A stretch of 64,000 nucleotides of DNA. Source: Mytilus californianus. Taxonomy: Eukaryota. Location of the stretch: positions 74,462,001 through 74,526,000 of the forward strand of contig NW_026262668.1 in assembly GCF_021869535.1 (NCBI RefSeq). Reading direction: 5' to 3'. The notes beneath the pieces were generated by a model, which was not told the origin of the DNA, did not search any database, and saw nothing but the letters and a program-made list of their open reading frames with translations. Both the position numbers and the translations under genes were made by a program. Shown in pieces: positions 39,001-50,112 of this stretch. The stretch's first letter is position 1. Every line of letters starts with the position of its first letter.

Positions 39001-42000
39001 AGAATAAGAGGTTTAAGCATACCCCGCGCTGGTCAACTTTCTGAGTTGTGGGTAAAATTCAATATACATGTAGGACTGTAAAACGGGAAATATACGAAAG
39101 ATTTGTTTTTACGTACGATGAAGTGTCATTCCCTCAATACATACGGGTCCACCGTGAAACTATTCTTATGATTATATAACGGTAAATGATGATCTCATTA
39201 GAGGAACAAATTAAGTAAAGATACATGTTAAAGCAAGAATAATTTCCACATGCAAAACATCAAATAGGACGATCTCTTAATTAATACGCGGCAACTTTAA
39301 CTATTACATTCATAGACAATAACACTAGTAAATGCTTTATATACTGACATTGAAACAAATATACTGCTCATAATAATTGCACATCTGTAGACTTTAATCT
39401 AGGTATCCCGCGTTATATAAACCATCGCAAACCATCGAACAGCTCATCGCACTTCGGCGCAGACCAGCGCACTTCGCGCGTGGCCATCAAACTTTATGAT
39501 CTCCATTGCACCTCCGAGTCATACACACATATATATTCCGATTTTCTAATAATGGTTTTTATTATTTTAATTGCCGTAGGTATTGCCCAAAGAAATAGGG
39601 TTTATTTAAGGGTTTACACATCTTCATAGCTAAAATATTTTGATACTTATATCACGAACAGATATCTATGACAAACATTACTTAAATTGTCAGTATATAA
39701 ATTTAGATTTTTTTTAAGAAACGTAGGTTTCAGCTACAGCAGACTAAATTGGCTTTTGATGGATTGAAGGCTTATGTAAAAATAAGAAAATGTGGTATAA
39801 TTGCTAGTGAGTCAACTATTCAAGAAAGTTCAAATCAAGAGGAATGCTAGTAGTTATATCTATACGACCTTCAATAATAAAAAAATACGGGAACTGTAAA
39901 GTCGGTTATTAAAGGCCCCGCCCCGACATGAAAAAAATATGAAACAATTCAATTGAGCAAACTAACGGCCTTCTTTATTTCAAAGCTACATGTATCTTGC
40001 CACAAAAAAAAGCCCAAATACATGTATATAACAGAATTGATGTTACGAAAACCACTGAACTACGTGCTTTTGACTTTGGACAGACACATAAATACACAGA
40101 ATCTTGTGAATGTGTATAGGCCCTTTATTGGTCATATAGCTCTACACTCTTATCTATTTTATACATTCTTTGGCTTTCAAATATTTAGCATTGAGCGTTC
40201 CTAGTGAAAGTAAGTCCAGAAAAGCGTTATAGATGCATGAAATTTATAAAGTGTTGTTTTGTGAGGGGATCAAAACGGAGGGATCGATGTTAATGTCTGT
40301 TTTATATGTGCAATAATATCGGCCTTCTAACTTTAGTGAAACTCTGCAGTTGTTCAGTGACGGATCCAGGGGAGGGTTCAGGGGGTTGCAACCCCCCTTT
40401 TTTGTACGATCAATGCATTTGAATGGGGACATATAGTTGGACCCCCCCCCCCCCTTTTTTGCCCTGGGTTGGGAACCCCATTTCTAAAATGGCTGGATCC
40501 GCCCCTCCGCCCCTGTTGTTTCATGTATTTGATATGCAAATTATCACAAAACTAAAAGGATAAGATGGATGAATTAATAGTTGATCGTTTTACGTCCAGT
40601 GGCATATATTATAGATTCATTATTAGGGGGAGTACAATAATTATGATATAATGATGAACATTGGCAATCATACCACAACTAATTTTTTATAAGAACGTAC
40701 ATGTGTAGATTTTCGTCTTTTACTGTAAACGACAGTGTCCCCGGGAGTCAAAGCCGAAATCAAACTTGTGTAAATTTCTGAAACATACATTTCATTATTT
40801 AACCCAATGTAAAGCAAAACAAATAATACTGTTTGAGCTATAAAACCAAGGCAACCCTTTATACTAGTCAAAAGTTGCTGGATCGTGATAGATGCATACG
40901 AAACTTCAATTAATTGTTTGTATTTTTTCAATCTTTTATATCCGATAAAGATGAACACAAAATCTAAAAACTACCGATTTTTCTATAAGATAAAATGTAT
41001 CCTTATTGGAGTCAAATTTGTCATATGGATTCATAAAGGACAAAAAAATGTCCTCAGTAAAGGAACAAAAAATACCCCCATGGTAAAATAATCCGTCATT
41101 CTTTAATACAAAGTACTATTGTGAATTATTTTTTCGGATATTAATCTTTTAGACATACATTAAAAACGGTGTCCTTGATATGCAACCATGAACACAATGA
41201 AAAGTGAATCTGTGAAAGTGTTCCATGTTTATTCCATTTAAATCAAGACTTGTTATGATTATACAATATATTTAACTATTTTATCAAAAAATTTAAATAA
41301 AAAAGAATATCTTAAACTCGTAAACACAATTTAAAGTTTAAAAAGTTCCTCAATTTAAAATCCTTCTTAAGGAATACGGGATATATTTGCGTGATCTTAT
41401 ACTTGTTTAATTAAAAAAATGCCTTCAAATACATATGTTTATTTGTATTCAATTTTCCACAAAACATATTTAGCTTATTTTAAATGAAAATAAAGAACAG
41501 AGAATAAAAACACTGTTGAAGAGAAAATACATATTCGTGTTAAATTCGCCTCAGTTTAATTTGTTAATTCAAGTTTGACATCTAAAATCGTAATCCGCAA
41601 TCCACATTTACCCGACAATCTTGTATATTGTATTTTCTCAATGGAAAAACCTTACGTGCACGTGACCATCAGAAACGAAGACAAAAATTATATTTTCTAA
41701 TGGTATTTATCAAAACTTAAATGTTTGAATATTTTAATAAGTAGAATATGAATTTGCCAAATAAGCGAAGAATTATAATCTTGCATTGTTCAACATCGGA
41801 GAAATGACTCAAGTTGAACATTAATCATGTTAATACTGATTCAATATTTTATTATAGTCTCACCACATACAAACATAAAATGAGAATCACAGAAATAAAC
41901 ATAAAACATTAAAACATTTGCATTGTATGTACCAATCTTAAAAAGAATAATGAGAGACTTTTAAGACACAATATATTTACTCATTTACATTTAAAATTTA

Positions 42001-45000
42001 CAGCGTCCACCTGTACTATATGAAAATAAAACATTTTTTCTTTGAGAACTAGGAAATAAAATGCAGTTTCTTTTCAATGAAATATTGTTGATGTTTTTGG
42101 CAACTATAGCAGCAACATTGCCGTTATTAAATAAAAATATTAATTTTTCGCTATCTGATAATTGAAGGTTAAAATGTTCATTAAAATGTTTAGCTTAATG
42201 TATCATAATTTGTCTTAAATCTACATATAATGGGCATTTTAAAATGACATGAAGTTCATCTTCAATAGTAGAGCTACAACACATGTCATCTCGTGGACTT
42301 CTTTTCTTTTATACTTTCCAGTTTCTATTTTTAGTGGAGCTACCCCACATCTAAATTTTGCAAAAGCACTGTTGTTTTTAATTGGCGGAATATTTTTAAC
42401 AAATAACAGTTGGCCAACAGTATATTTTTAAGCCCATTTCGCTCAGTTGAATAGAAATTCCAATTTATTGTTTGTACGTAGAACATGTATCATTATATTA
42501 AGATGTGTCAGTCCCAGCCAAGATTCACTGAATAACCACGAAATGTTTACAGATGATAAATAAATTTTACACAAAAATTCATGAATCTGTATGAACGTTA
42601 TGTACGATGAAGTTAATCAAGTGTTCACAAGAAAGTAAGTATGAATGTAAATTTTATTTAAAGTCGGAACATATATATACACTTTAACCGTGAGATAAAA
42701 TATAAGCTTTGATGAGCTCTATAACCGACTATCATATAAAAACCGCAATGAATGAACGTTACCCGATTAGAGATGAACGTTTGACAAATGCACGTTATCT
42801 GATGTACACAGTTATACACGATTGACGAACGCACGATACACGGTTAAGAATGAATGATTGATGAACGCACGATACACGCACGATGCACGCACCATACACG
42901 ATTAAGAATACACGGTGCACGCACGTTACACGGAAAATACACGGAACGATGAATGATGAGCGCACGATTGGTACACGCACGATACACGCACGCAACACGC
43001 ACGATACACGATGAACGCACGAAATAATGGTCAGTTTGAATTTTAGAAGGTCTGTAACAACGTAGACCGTGACAACTTCAGCAGCGAAAAAAATATACAT
43101 GAAATGATTTGTTAGTATTTGCATGGCGGGTGATGTATGCATAGGAGACGCGTACCTTGTTGACACATCCGTTATCGCTCCTTTTGGAGTTCATGCGATT
43201 GCATCTGTTTTTGTTTTAACCTTCATTTATATCTTCTTAATGGATTTATGAGATTTGAACATTGGTAAGCTACTGTTGCTTCAAATTTTCATCAAAGTAA
43301 CAAAGGTTCTTTTTTATTTGCATTACACTTCATTTTGGTCTGTGTGGCGTATATTATGTAACTTACAATTAAACTTATGTAAGATTGTCCTGTTTTTCTG
43401 ACGTGTGGTCAGAATAACATTAATTTCATGAAGATATCAATAGTTAATGCTAAACTTTTTCAGACTTACTAATGCTAATTTAACGTAAAGGTACATGAAG
43501 CAAGCTGCGTATTTTAAGTAAATATCGATTTCTAGACGTAACAAAGGTTATTCACAGACTATGTCGACAATCTTGTCCAATGTAAACTCAGTCCTCTTAT
43601 CAAAATCAATGTGCCATATTTTATAAGTGTTTTGTTTATTAACTTAAGTTTGTCTTACAATTTCAATATGATACAATTTTCTTACATGATAACAGATTTA
43701 CCTTTCACTGTCATTCTCTTTTTAAACACACTGATATTATTCTTTATTGTTGATTTGAGTTTCTGCTTTTGTCTTTGTTTTTTACAGTAAAAATACAGTT
43801 TGTATATTATTATAACCAGCAGAATTAGAAAAATTAGTCCGAAGATAACTCCCAAAACAATGGCGACTATGTTAACAGAATCAGATGATGATGTGAATGC
43901 TACAAAAATATTAAAATAAACACTGAAAATTATGAAAATTCGTTACTAATGACATATATACAATTATAAATATTACAAAACACCTAATAATAGTACACAA
44001 AAAAGTATTGCATCGATCATTAAAACGTTTCTGTTTTGGCATATCTTGCTTAGCACGTCAAATGTACACTGTATTTCGCCATTTACCGGAGGCATGCAGT
44101 TAACGTTTATAAATGATCTATATACAAATGTACTTCAAATAAGTTAATATTGAGATTTTAAAAAAATATCCGTCAAAAAATATACAGTGTCCATTTTAAA
44201 AAAAATACCATAACTGTTAACAATCAGAATGTTATCTGTGTAAAAAGAGTAAAGTTCTGACGTTTTGTACAAAAGTCGATAAAAATTAACGGTAAATACG
44301 TCGAGTAACGTTACCATTGCTTTAAAAACAGAACACCGTGCGTTACACGGGATCCTGACAAACCCTTTACTACATTTGCATGCCATTTGTTTCGTTGAAA
44401 AGATGACATAAAGGATAGTTGATAAAGATTTAACTGGTGTAACGGTATTTTTTATATATATGCTACGCAAATTTACCGCATTGGTATATAATCTTAAATA
44501 TATGGTAGTATACACCAACTGTATAATATATATTACAAATGCATATATAAACATTTAAAGAGGCGTTAATTTGGCTGATTTTAACAAATTAAAAAAATCG
44601 TCGCGAATACAAATAAAAAAAAGAAGCATATTAGTCATTTGTTGAGTGTCAAGTTTAAAAAAAAAACATACATCTAAAAACTTTCTTTTTGCTTTGTGGA
44701 TTTGAAAATACTGTATATTTTGGAATGATTTAAATGTAAGTCAATTTGAAACCTCTCATACGACTGGGTCAAACAGATTTACTTGAGAAAATAAGTCTTA
44801 TGGAAAATGCAAAAAAAAATAACCATTGAAGTTGTTTAACAATAGGCTTCATTTACTTTATGATGGATCGATATAATCCTATGTTTTAAAACAAATGAAT
44901 ACTTATGAAATGACAATTCAATTTATTTACAGAGATATCTTAGTAAATCTGAATACTTACGACAAGTGGCTACAACAAAAAAATTATTTAAATACACAAA

Positions 45001-48000
45001 ATGTAAAACTGTACATTTTTCTATAGCATTTTTCATAGATATCTTAACGTGTATATAAAAATAAGGAGATGAGGTATGATTGCTAATGAGACAACTATCC
45101 ATCAAAGTTCAAATAAAGTGGATGTAAGTAATTATGGGCAACCGTAAGGCCTTCAACAATGAGGAAAACCCATACCATATGGTCGGCTCTTTTTTTTTTT
45201 TTTTGCTATGACGATGTCTGTATGTTTTCGACTTTGAGTTTCTATTTTTCAATACGATTACATTATGTAGTGGTGAGATAATGAGACCTCCTTTGCACCA
45301 GACCAGCACGTTGCGTCGAGTACATAATGTGCATAATGTAATAAAGGTAACTGTGTTGTGGAAGACATGTCAGTCACCCTATCTGAACATGATCGACTTC
45401 GAGTCGACCTGTCTTCGTTACTCACGAACCCGTTTGCTACGAAGAGAAACAGCATGTACACCTTTCAAATATCTCACAAGTGTAGGTATGTACTAAACGT
45501 AGATCTTTAAAAACTAATTATTGAACAACAATAAGGATAAACAAAAAATAAATAGATCTAGTCTTGTCTTCTTTAGACATGTTAGACAAGACAGACCCTT
45601 TAAGGCCGTTTAAAATATATACAATTTCGATCCTAAGAATCCTACCCATTTATATAAACGTATATTCATTTAAAAAGGTATCCATAATTGCACTTACTTT
45701 TAGCAGTCATAACATATAATTCACCATCATTTGGCTTTATAGTTGAACTCTGGTCTTTCTCACAACGTCCAGGACTTGCTGTTAATCTCCTTTCTGTATC
45801 AACGATGCTCACAGCCTGACCAAATATAATTCATAAATTTGAGTTGGGTTTTTTTCTGTGTGTTGTTTTCTTTCTTTCCTTTCTTTTTGTTGTTCAATTC
45901 TTATTTTTACATCTATTTAATTATTTTATAGTCAGTTTTATCTTTCTTGGGATTTTTTTGAATAATGCATTTATGACAGGGAATCGATAAATGTATCACT
46001 TTCGCCGTTGATGTCCCATTTTATATTTAGATTGACTTTACTTGACGCCTCAATTGTTGTTGCTTTTGTTGTTGAAATTTCTTAATTATAAGCTTTTATT
46101 GATATATTATACGCAATATGTTTTCTAAGCAGTGAAGATAATTGCATTGCTGTACAAAACACTACTTACAATGCAAATAAAACGAAATGTTGTCAAATCA
46201 TTTACAGAGCCTGGATTGTATAAACCGGAATAATAAGTTCCCTCAGTGGAGTCTGGTGTAATGGCTGATACACAATACAAATTACCTTCAGCTATAAAGC
46301 AAATAGAAGGATTTTAATAGCAGGACTTTTGTAACTCAATGTATATTTTAACAGAATATGTTCTTTAGTGTGTACAAAGTGTACAAAGAACGTCGAAATC
46401 AAAAGTGCTTGCTTAATGAGTAGACCATAGATTTAGAGAGTACCTATAGATGCTACTAGCCCATCAATTCGTGGTACACAGTCAGGTTAATTAACATGCA
46501 AAAGGATGATATAACAACTGTTTGGCTAGTTTGTTTTGATAATAATGTACAATAGCAAATAAGGAATCCATGGTTTATCTAACAAACTTAAATTTACTGC
46601 ATTAAGTACACATTCAAATAGTTCAGCTGTAACTGTAATTTTGATTAATTTGAGTTTGCTGTCCAGTGAAAAATATGTCTTGCATATTCAGGACGAGAAC
46701 AGATTAACAATACACCCAATAGGTATAGAAATGGGTTTTTTTTTCATGCAGAAGATTAATAACGGACCTCTAAGAATTTTTGCAATTGTTCTTTAACGTA
46801 TAACGAGCTTTCTTCCTACAAGATACACCAATTTAACATCCTGATTCTAACCGGACGTGGCTGAGTATTTATACATCATGCACTGCCAAACTGATGCCCC
46901 TCTTTAACATATGTTTTGCTTCAGTTAAGAGGGAATCCAAGGATTGCCATATTTGTATACTTCAGTCAACCCTTGATGGTACTAGATTTGTTGACTGGTA
47001 TACGGTAAATTGAAGGCTTAGAACGTTTATTTCGCCCCTGACTTTATGTGTATAACTTCTTTGTGCAAGTTGAAATGCTAAAAATATAATTTTAAATTAT
47101 TTTGTTGTTATGTTTTATTTCCATTGTAAAGCACTGTGCACATTACCCTATATTCTATGCGATATTCATTTTCAAAATGCTTTCATTAGCAAGACTATAA
47201 GTTAGTGTTTTGCTTCAGACCATTTCTAATTACATTTGATATTGAACAAATTATCTGTTTTATTTTACAAAATTATTTGCAATTCTTACAAAAATTCCAA
47301 CAAAAAATTTGACCGTAGTTAATGTTTTAAAGCCCTATGGCTAGATTTCATTTTTATTCTTTTCTTTACTCAGAAAGCAGTAAGTAATTTACATAATGCA
47401 TGCGATTGAGTTTTTATTCTATTTACAACCCATGAGTGAAACCTACACCAAAATAAAACAACTCGAATCTCACCAGTAAACATAACTGACGATGTTGATG
47501 AAGTACATTGCTGGTGTAGATTTAGGTCAAAAGTTAAGTTTTGTCTGTTTTCACAGACAGTCAAAAGACTATTTCCATCCCCGTTACAAACATTTGTAAA
47601 TGTTGCCGACGTCAAGGAATAGTAAAAGTTACCAAGGAGTGGATCCATACAGTATGTCTTCGACGAACTTGAATAACCTAAAGGTCAAATCGAAACAAAT
47701 GAAACCTTAGGATGTATATGAACATTTTCGTATCATTTCTGTGTCTTTAGGTTAGTTAAGGTTCATTAATGTTTTGTTGAATGAAATGTAATAAACATAA
47801 TTAATTATACTAAAAGAAACCAGTATTCGAATTAGTTGAAGCTACGAGTAATTTCTAATGTTGACGACAGAATGACAAAATATAGGGTACTAATTTCAGA
47901 AAATTGCTTCGAAAGATTTACTAGGGCGAATATGTATTTGATGAATTCATAATTGGTAATGAATTGTGTTTTCTAGACATATTTTGCTATTTTTCCTGCC

Positions 48001-50112
48001 TAATCAAGAAGGGGATTTTCATTCTTTTTCTGTCATACTTTTCCTAAAACTGTCAGTAAAGTTATAATTCATGGAATTTGGTCATCCCAATGTTTAGTTC
48101 TGAATGATCCTGATAAAGCTTAATCCAAAAGTACGCATTTATATAAACAACAATTCAATATCTTATGCAACATTAATATTCAATGTTTTATTTGTTCTTT
48201 CACATACACACTTTGCTTTATTTTTACATTGTTTGTTTGTTTGTTCTGTAACTAAATATAAACACTTTTTTTTTAAAGAAAAGTCTACGATTAAGATAAA
48301 AAGAAATGTAGCAGCTAAAACATCACCATTTACATTTTTACCGCTAGCATTACTATATTTACCAACTTTGACCATACTGTTGAACTCTGCCGTTGTTGGG
48401 GTTACAGTACACTCAGTTCCAAAGTCTGGATTTACACCTGTTTCCCAAAAACTAACACGCTCATTGGCAAATCTGTTGTTTTCCACTGATATAATTATAA
48501 AATCAATAAAAAGTAAAAGTATAAAAAAACAAGTATTGTGATTATTCCTCGTATTCTGTTACATCAGATGGAAATAAGCTGTATATTTTTCTCTGTATTT
48601 ATTTATTTTTAATAACGTTAGATTTTGTCAGTTGCTAAGTACTTCCCCTTTTTGAATTTCATACCTTTGAGTTCGGTATTTTTGTTATACTTTTTTCTGT
48701 TAATTAGGTTTCAAGTAATCTTAGAATCTAGTACACATGTAATTTCCTATTATTTTGTATTTGACAGTGTTTTTTTTCGATACTGAACCTTGATTAATAA
48801 AATATAATCATTCGCCTGGGTTTCTTAAGACATCAATCGGTGATAAAACTCTACGGTGATCTACTAAACATTTCTATGAAACATCATTTTATAAATTTTT
48901 ACTTTAATATTATCACATGGTTCATACTTCCTCTTGAAAAGTTAATATCCTTAGACAGGTTATGTTTGGGTTTTTTTTTCTTGTTTGGTATCGATTGTTT
49001 TCAATTTATTTTTGTTTTGGTAATTTGTGTTTTGTGTTTTGTTCTGTTTTTGTTTACAATGTTTTCCCAAAATCTTCACGACCTGTGAATATGCGCATTT
49101 CTTATGAAGGTAAGTTCCGTGTGGCGTTTCGCACGCAATAAATACACCTGTGTATGGCTGTTATAACATGCCTGTACACCCTCAGCACCGAACATTTTTT
49201 GTATCTCAAGAAAAGAATCTATTTTAAGAATTAATTCGTTCTTTCACACTTATAATTTGAAAAGCATATTAAAATGTTTTATACTTACATGACCGCAAAT
49301 AAAAGTAGTAAGAATTTTCGTTAACTCGGGTGAATGATAAACATATATAAAGATATCCAGTTTTCCCGAGATCTTCAAATGGGTGGTGATTTCTAAATAA
49401 AAGATTATTTTGGATTTAAAACATTATCGTTGAACTCTGTCTTATGTCTTCAAACACGTGTTTGCCCCACAAAGCAAACTTTCGATTGACATTTGTTGCC
49501 TGTTTGTAAACCTATCATATATAAAGTTTGTACGTATTTATACATCCCTGGCTTTCCAATTTTTGAGTTGAGCGTTCCCGATGAAGGTAAATCTAGAAAA
49601 AAGCTTTGGACGTACGAAATGTATCAATATCAGTGTTCATTTTTCTCTTATTAGCACTGGGTCGATAAAACTGTTGGTTGGTTGGATGCTGATATTTTCA
49701 TTTTTCAGTTTCTTTAAATCTGGCGGCGCAATGATAGTGAAAACAGCAGATATAGAAAATGAAAATAACAAATAACAAAATAAGTAAAAAGAAAATGATC
49801 AGAAAACAAATACAAAAAGAACAATGCCCGAGGTCGTGTGTCAATATAAGACTTCTTTACATATAACAAAACTCCAAATGACTATTTCGTACAGAACTTC
49901 ATGTTTGTTTAGAGTCTACCTGATTAGATAATATTCTGGTGATGACTGACCAAGGAAGCAATCAAACACAGTTGAACTTGTGGATCCATCAATTCTGAAC
50001 GAATGTTTCTCCAATGTTAGTGTACTGGAATTGATGAGAATTGTTCCATATTCACTACTATCCCAGAGTGCTTGTAATGCTTCAGGGAACGTACAGTGAC
50101 ATCTTGTGTGGT
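29909..50112 (-). CDS. Gene B: paralog of gene A, ~770-800 aa. Exons: 49920-50112, 49289-49392, 48363-48485, 47474-47677, 46170-46291, 45698-45815, 44961-44969, 43702-43899 (TM), 34903-34998, [32385-32465], 31069-32091, 29909-30021
   Basis: GT-AG introns with phases consistent throughout; exon-by-exon homology to gene A; TM is IVAIVLGVIFGLIFLILLVIIIY. First coding exon unresolved. Confidence 0.85.
31069..32091 (-). CDS. Gene B large cytoplasmic exon
   Basis: 1023-bp open frame within ORF 31049..32233; tactttcag acceptor, gtatgt donor. Confidence 0.9.
32385..32465 (-). CDS. Gene B candidate cassette exon (ENNPHLVNTKKADNRTFRRKTETGRW)
   Basis: Open phase 1/1, AAG acceptor, gtaatt donor; same position as 13825-13956. 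Confidence 0.45.
33262..34811. mobile_element. Non-autonomous hAT-superfamily DNA transposon, 1550 bp
   Basis: TIRs CAGGGATGGG...CCCATCCCTG, perfect 8-bp TSD ATCATATC (33254-33261 and 34812-34819), subterminal arrays of the palindrome TAATCGATTA; no transposase ORF. Confidence 0.9.
34903..34998 (-). CDS. Gene B cytoplasmic exon (DNDEYPLHEISLGPEFPKARNQLYKKKRLVPK)
   Basis: Phase 1/1; homologous to 15082-15204. Confidence 0.82.
35247..35490. repeat. Degenerate (CACGATACACG)n tract next to the left TIR
   Basis: Seen directly; produces spurious RACIV-repeat ORFs. Confidence 0.85.
40355..40515. mobile_element. Short MITE (CGGATCCAG...CTGGATCCG ends); truncated opposite-orientation copy at 35748-35840
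   Basis: Inverted termini; shared ATGTCCCCATTCAAATGCATTGA block. Confidence 0.7.
42190..42490 (-). mobile_element. Decayed LINE ORF2 C-terminal fragment
   Basis: SAFAKFRCGVAPLKIETGKY then, after a frameshift, CSSTIEDELHVILKCPLY. Confidence 0.75.
42745..43027. repeat. Degenerate (CACGATACACG)n tract next to the right TIR
   Basis: Seen directly; same orientation as the 35.3-kb tract. Confidence 0.85.
43702..43899 (-). CDS. Gene B transmembrane exon
   Basis: FTSSSDSVNIVAIVLGVIFGLIFLILLVIIIYKLYFYCKKQRQK; phase 1/1; too short for the ORF track. Confidence 0.9.
44961..44969 (-). CDS. Gene B 9-nt microexon CCACTTGTC (T-T-C-P across junctions)
   Basis: tttttgttgtag acceptor, gtaagt donor; paralogous to 17435-17443. 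Confidence 0.75.
45698..45815 (-). CDS. Gene B ectodomain exon (AVSIVDTERRLTASPGRCEKDQSSTIKPNDGELYVMTAK)
   Basis: Phase 0/1, gtaagt donor. Confidence 0.82.
46170..46291 (-). CDS. Gene B ectodomain exon (EGNLYCVSAITPDSTEGTYYSGLYNPGSVNDLTTFRFICI)
   Basis: Phase 1/0, gtaagt donor. Confidence 0.88.
47474..47677 (-). CDS. Gene B ectodomain exon (YSSSSKTYCMDPLLGNFYYSL...QQCTSSTSSVMFT)
   Basis: Phase 1/1, gtgaga donor. Confidence 0.85.
48363..48485 (-). CDS. Gene B ectodomain exon (ENNRFANERVSFWETGVNPDFGTECTVTPTTAEFNSMVKV)
   Basis: Phase 1/1, 123 bp. Confidence 0.88.
49289..49392 (-). CDS. Gene B ectodomain exon (NHHPFEDLGKTGYLYICLSFTRVNENSYYFYLRS)
   Basis: Phase 2/1, 104 bp. Confidence 0.85.
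49920..50112 (-). CDS. Gene B ectodomain exon (HTRCHCTFPEALQALWDSSEYGTILINSSTLTL...FDCFLGQSSPEYYLIR)
   Basis: Phase 1/2; homologous to 24481-24664. Confidence 0.85.

Larger units (their letters stand above)
35220..43054. mobile_element. Putative large TA-flanked TIR element (Tc1/mariner-type ends) with CACGATACACG subterminal tracts
   Basis: Perfect 27-bp inverted termini CAGACCTTCTAAAATTCAAACTGACCA at 35220-35246 and 43028-43054, each flanked by TA; lies wholly within one gene B intron. Confidence 0.55.
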
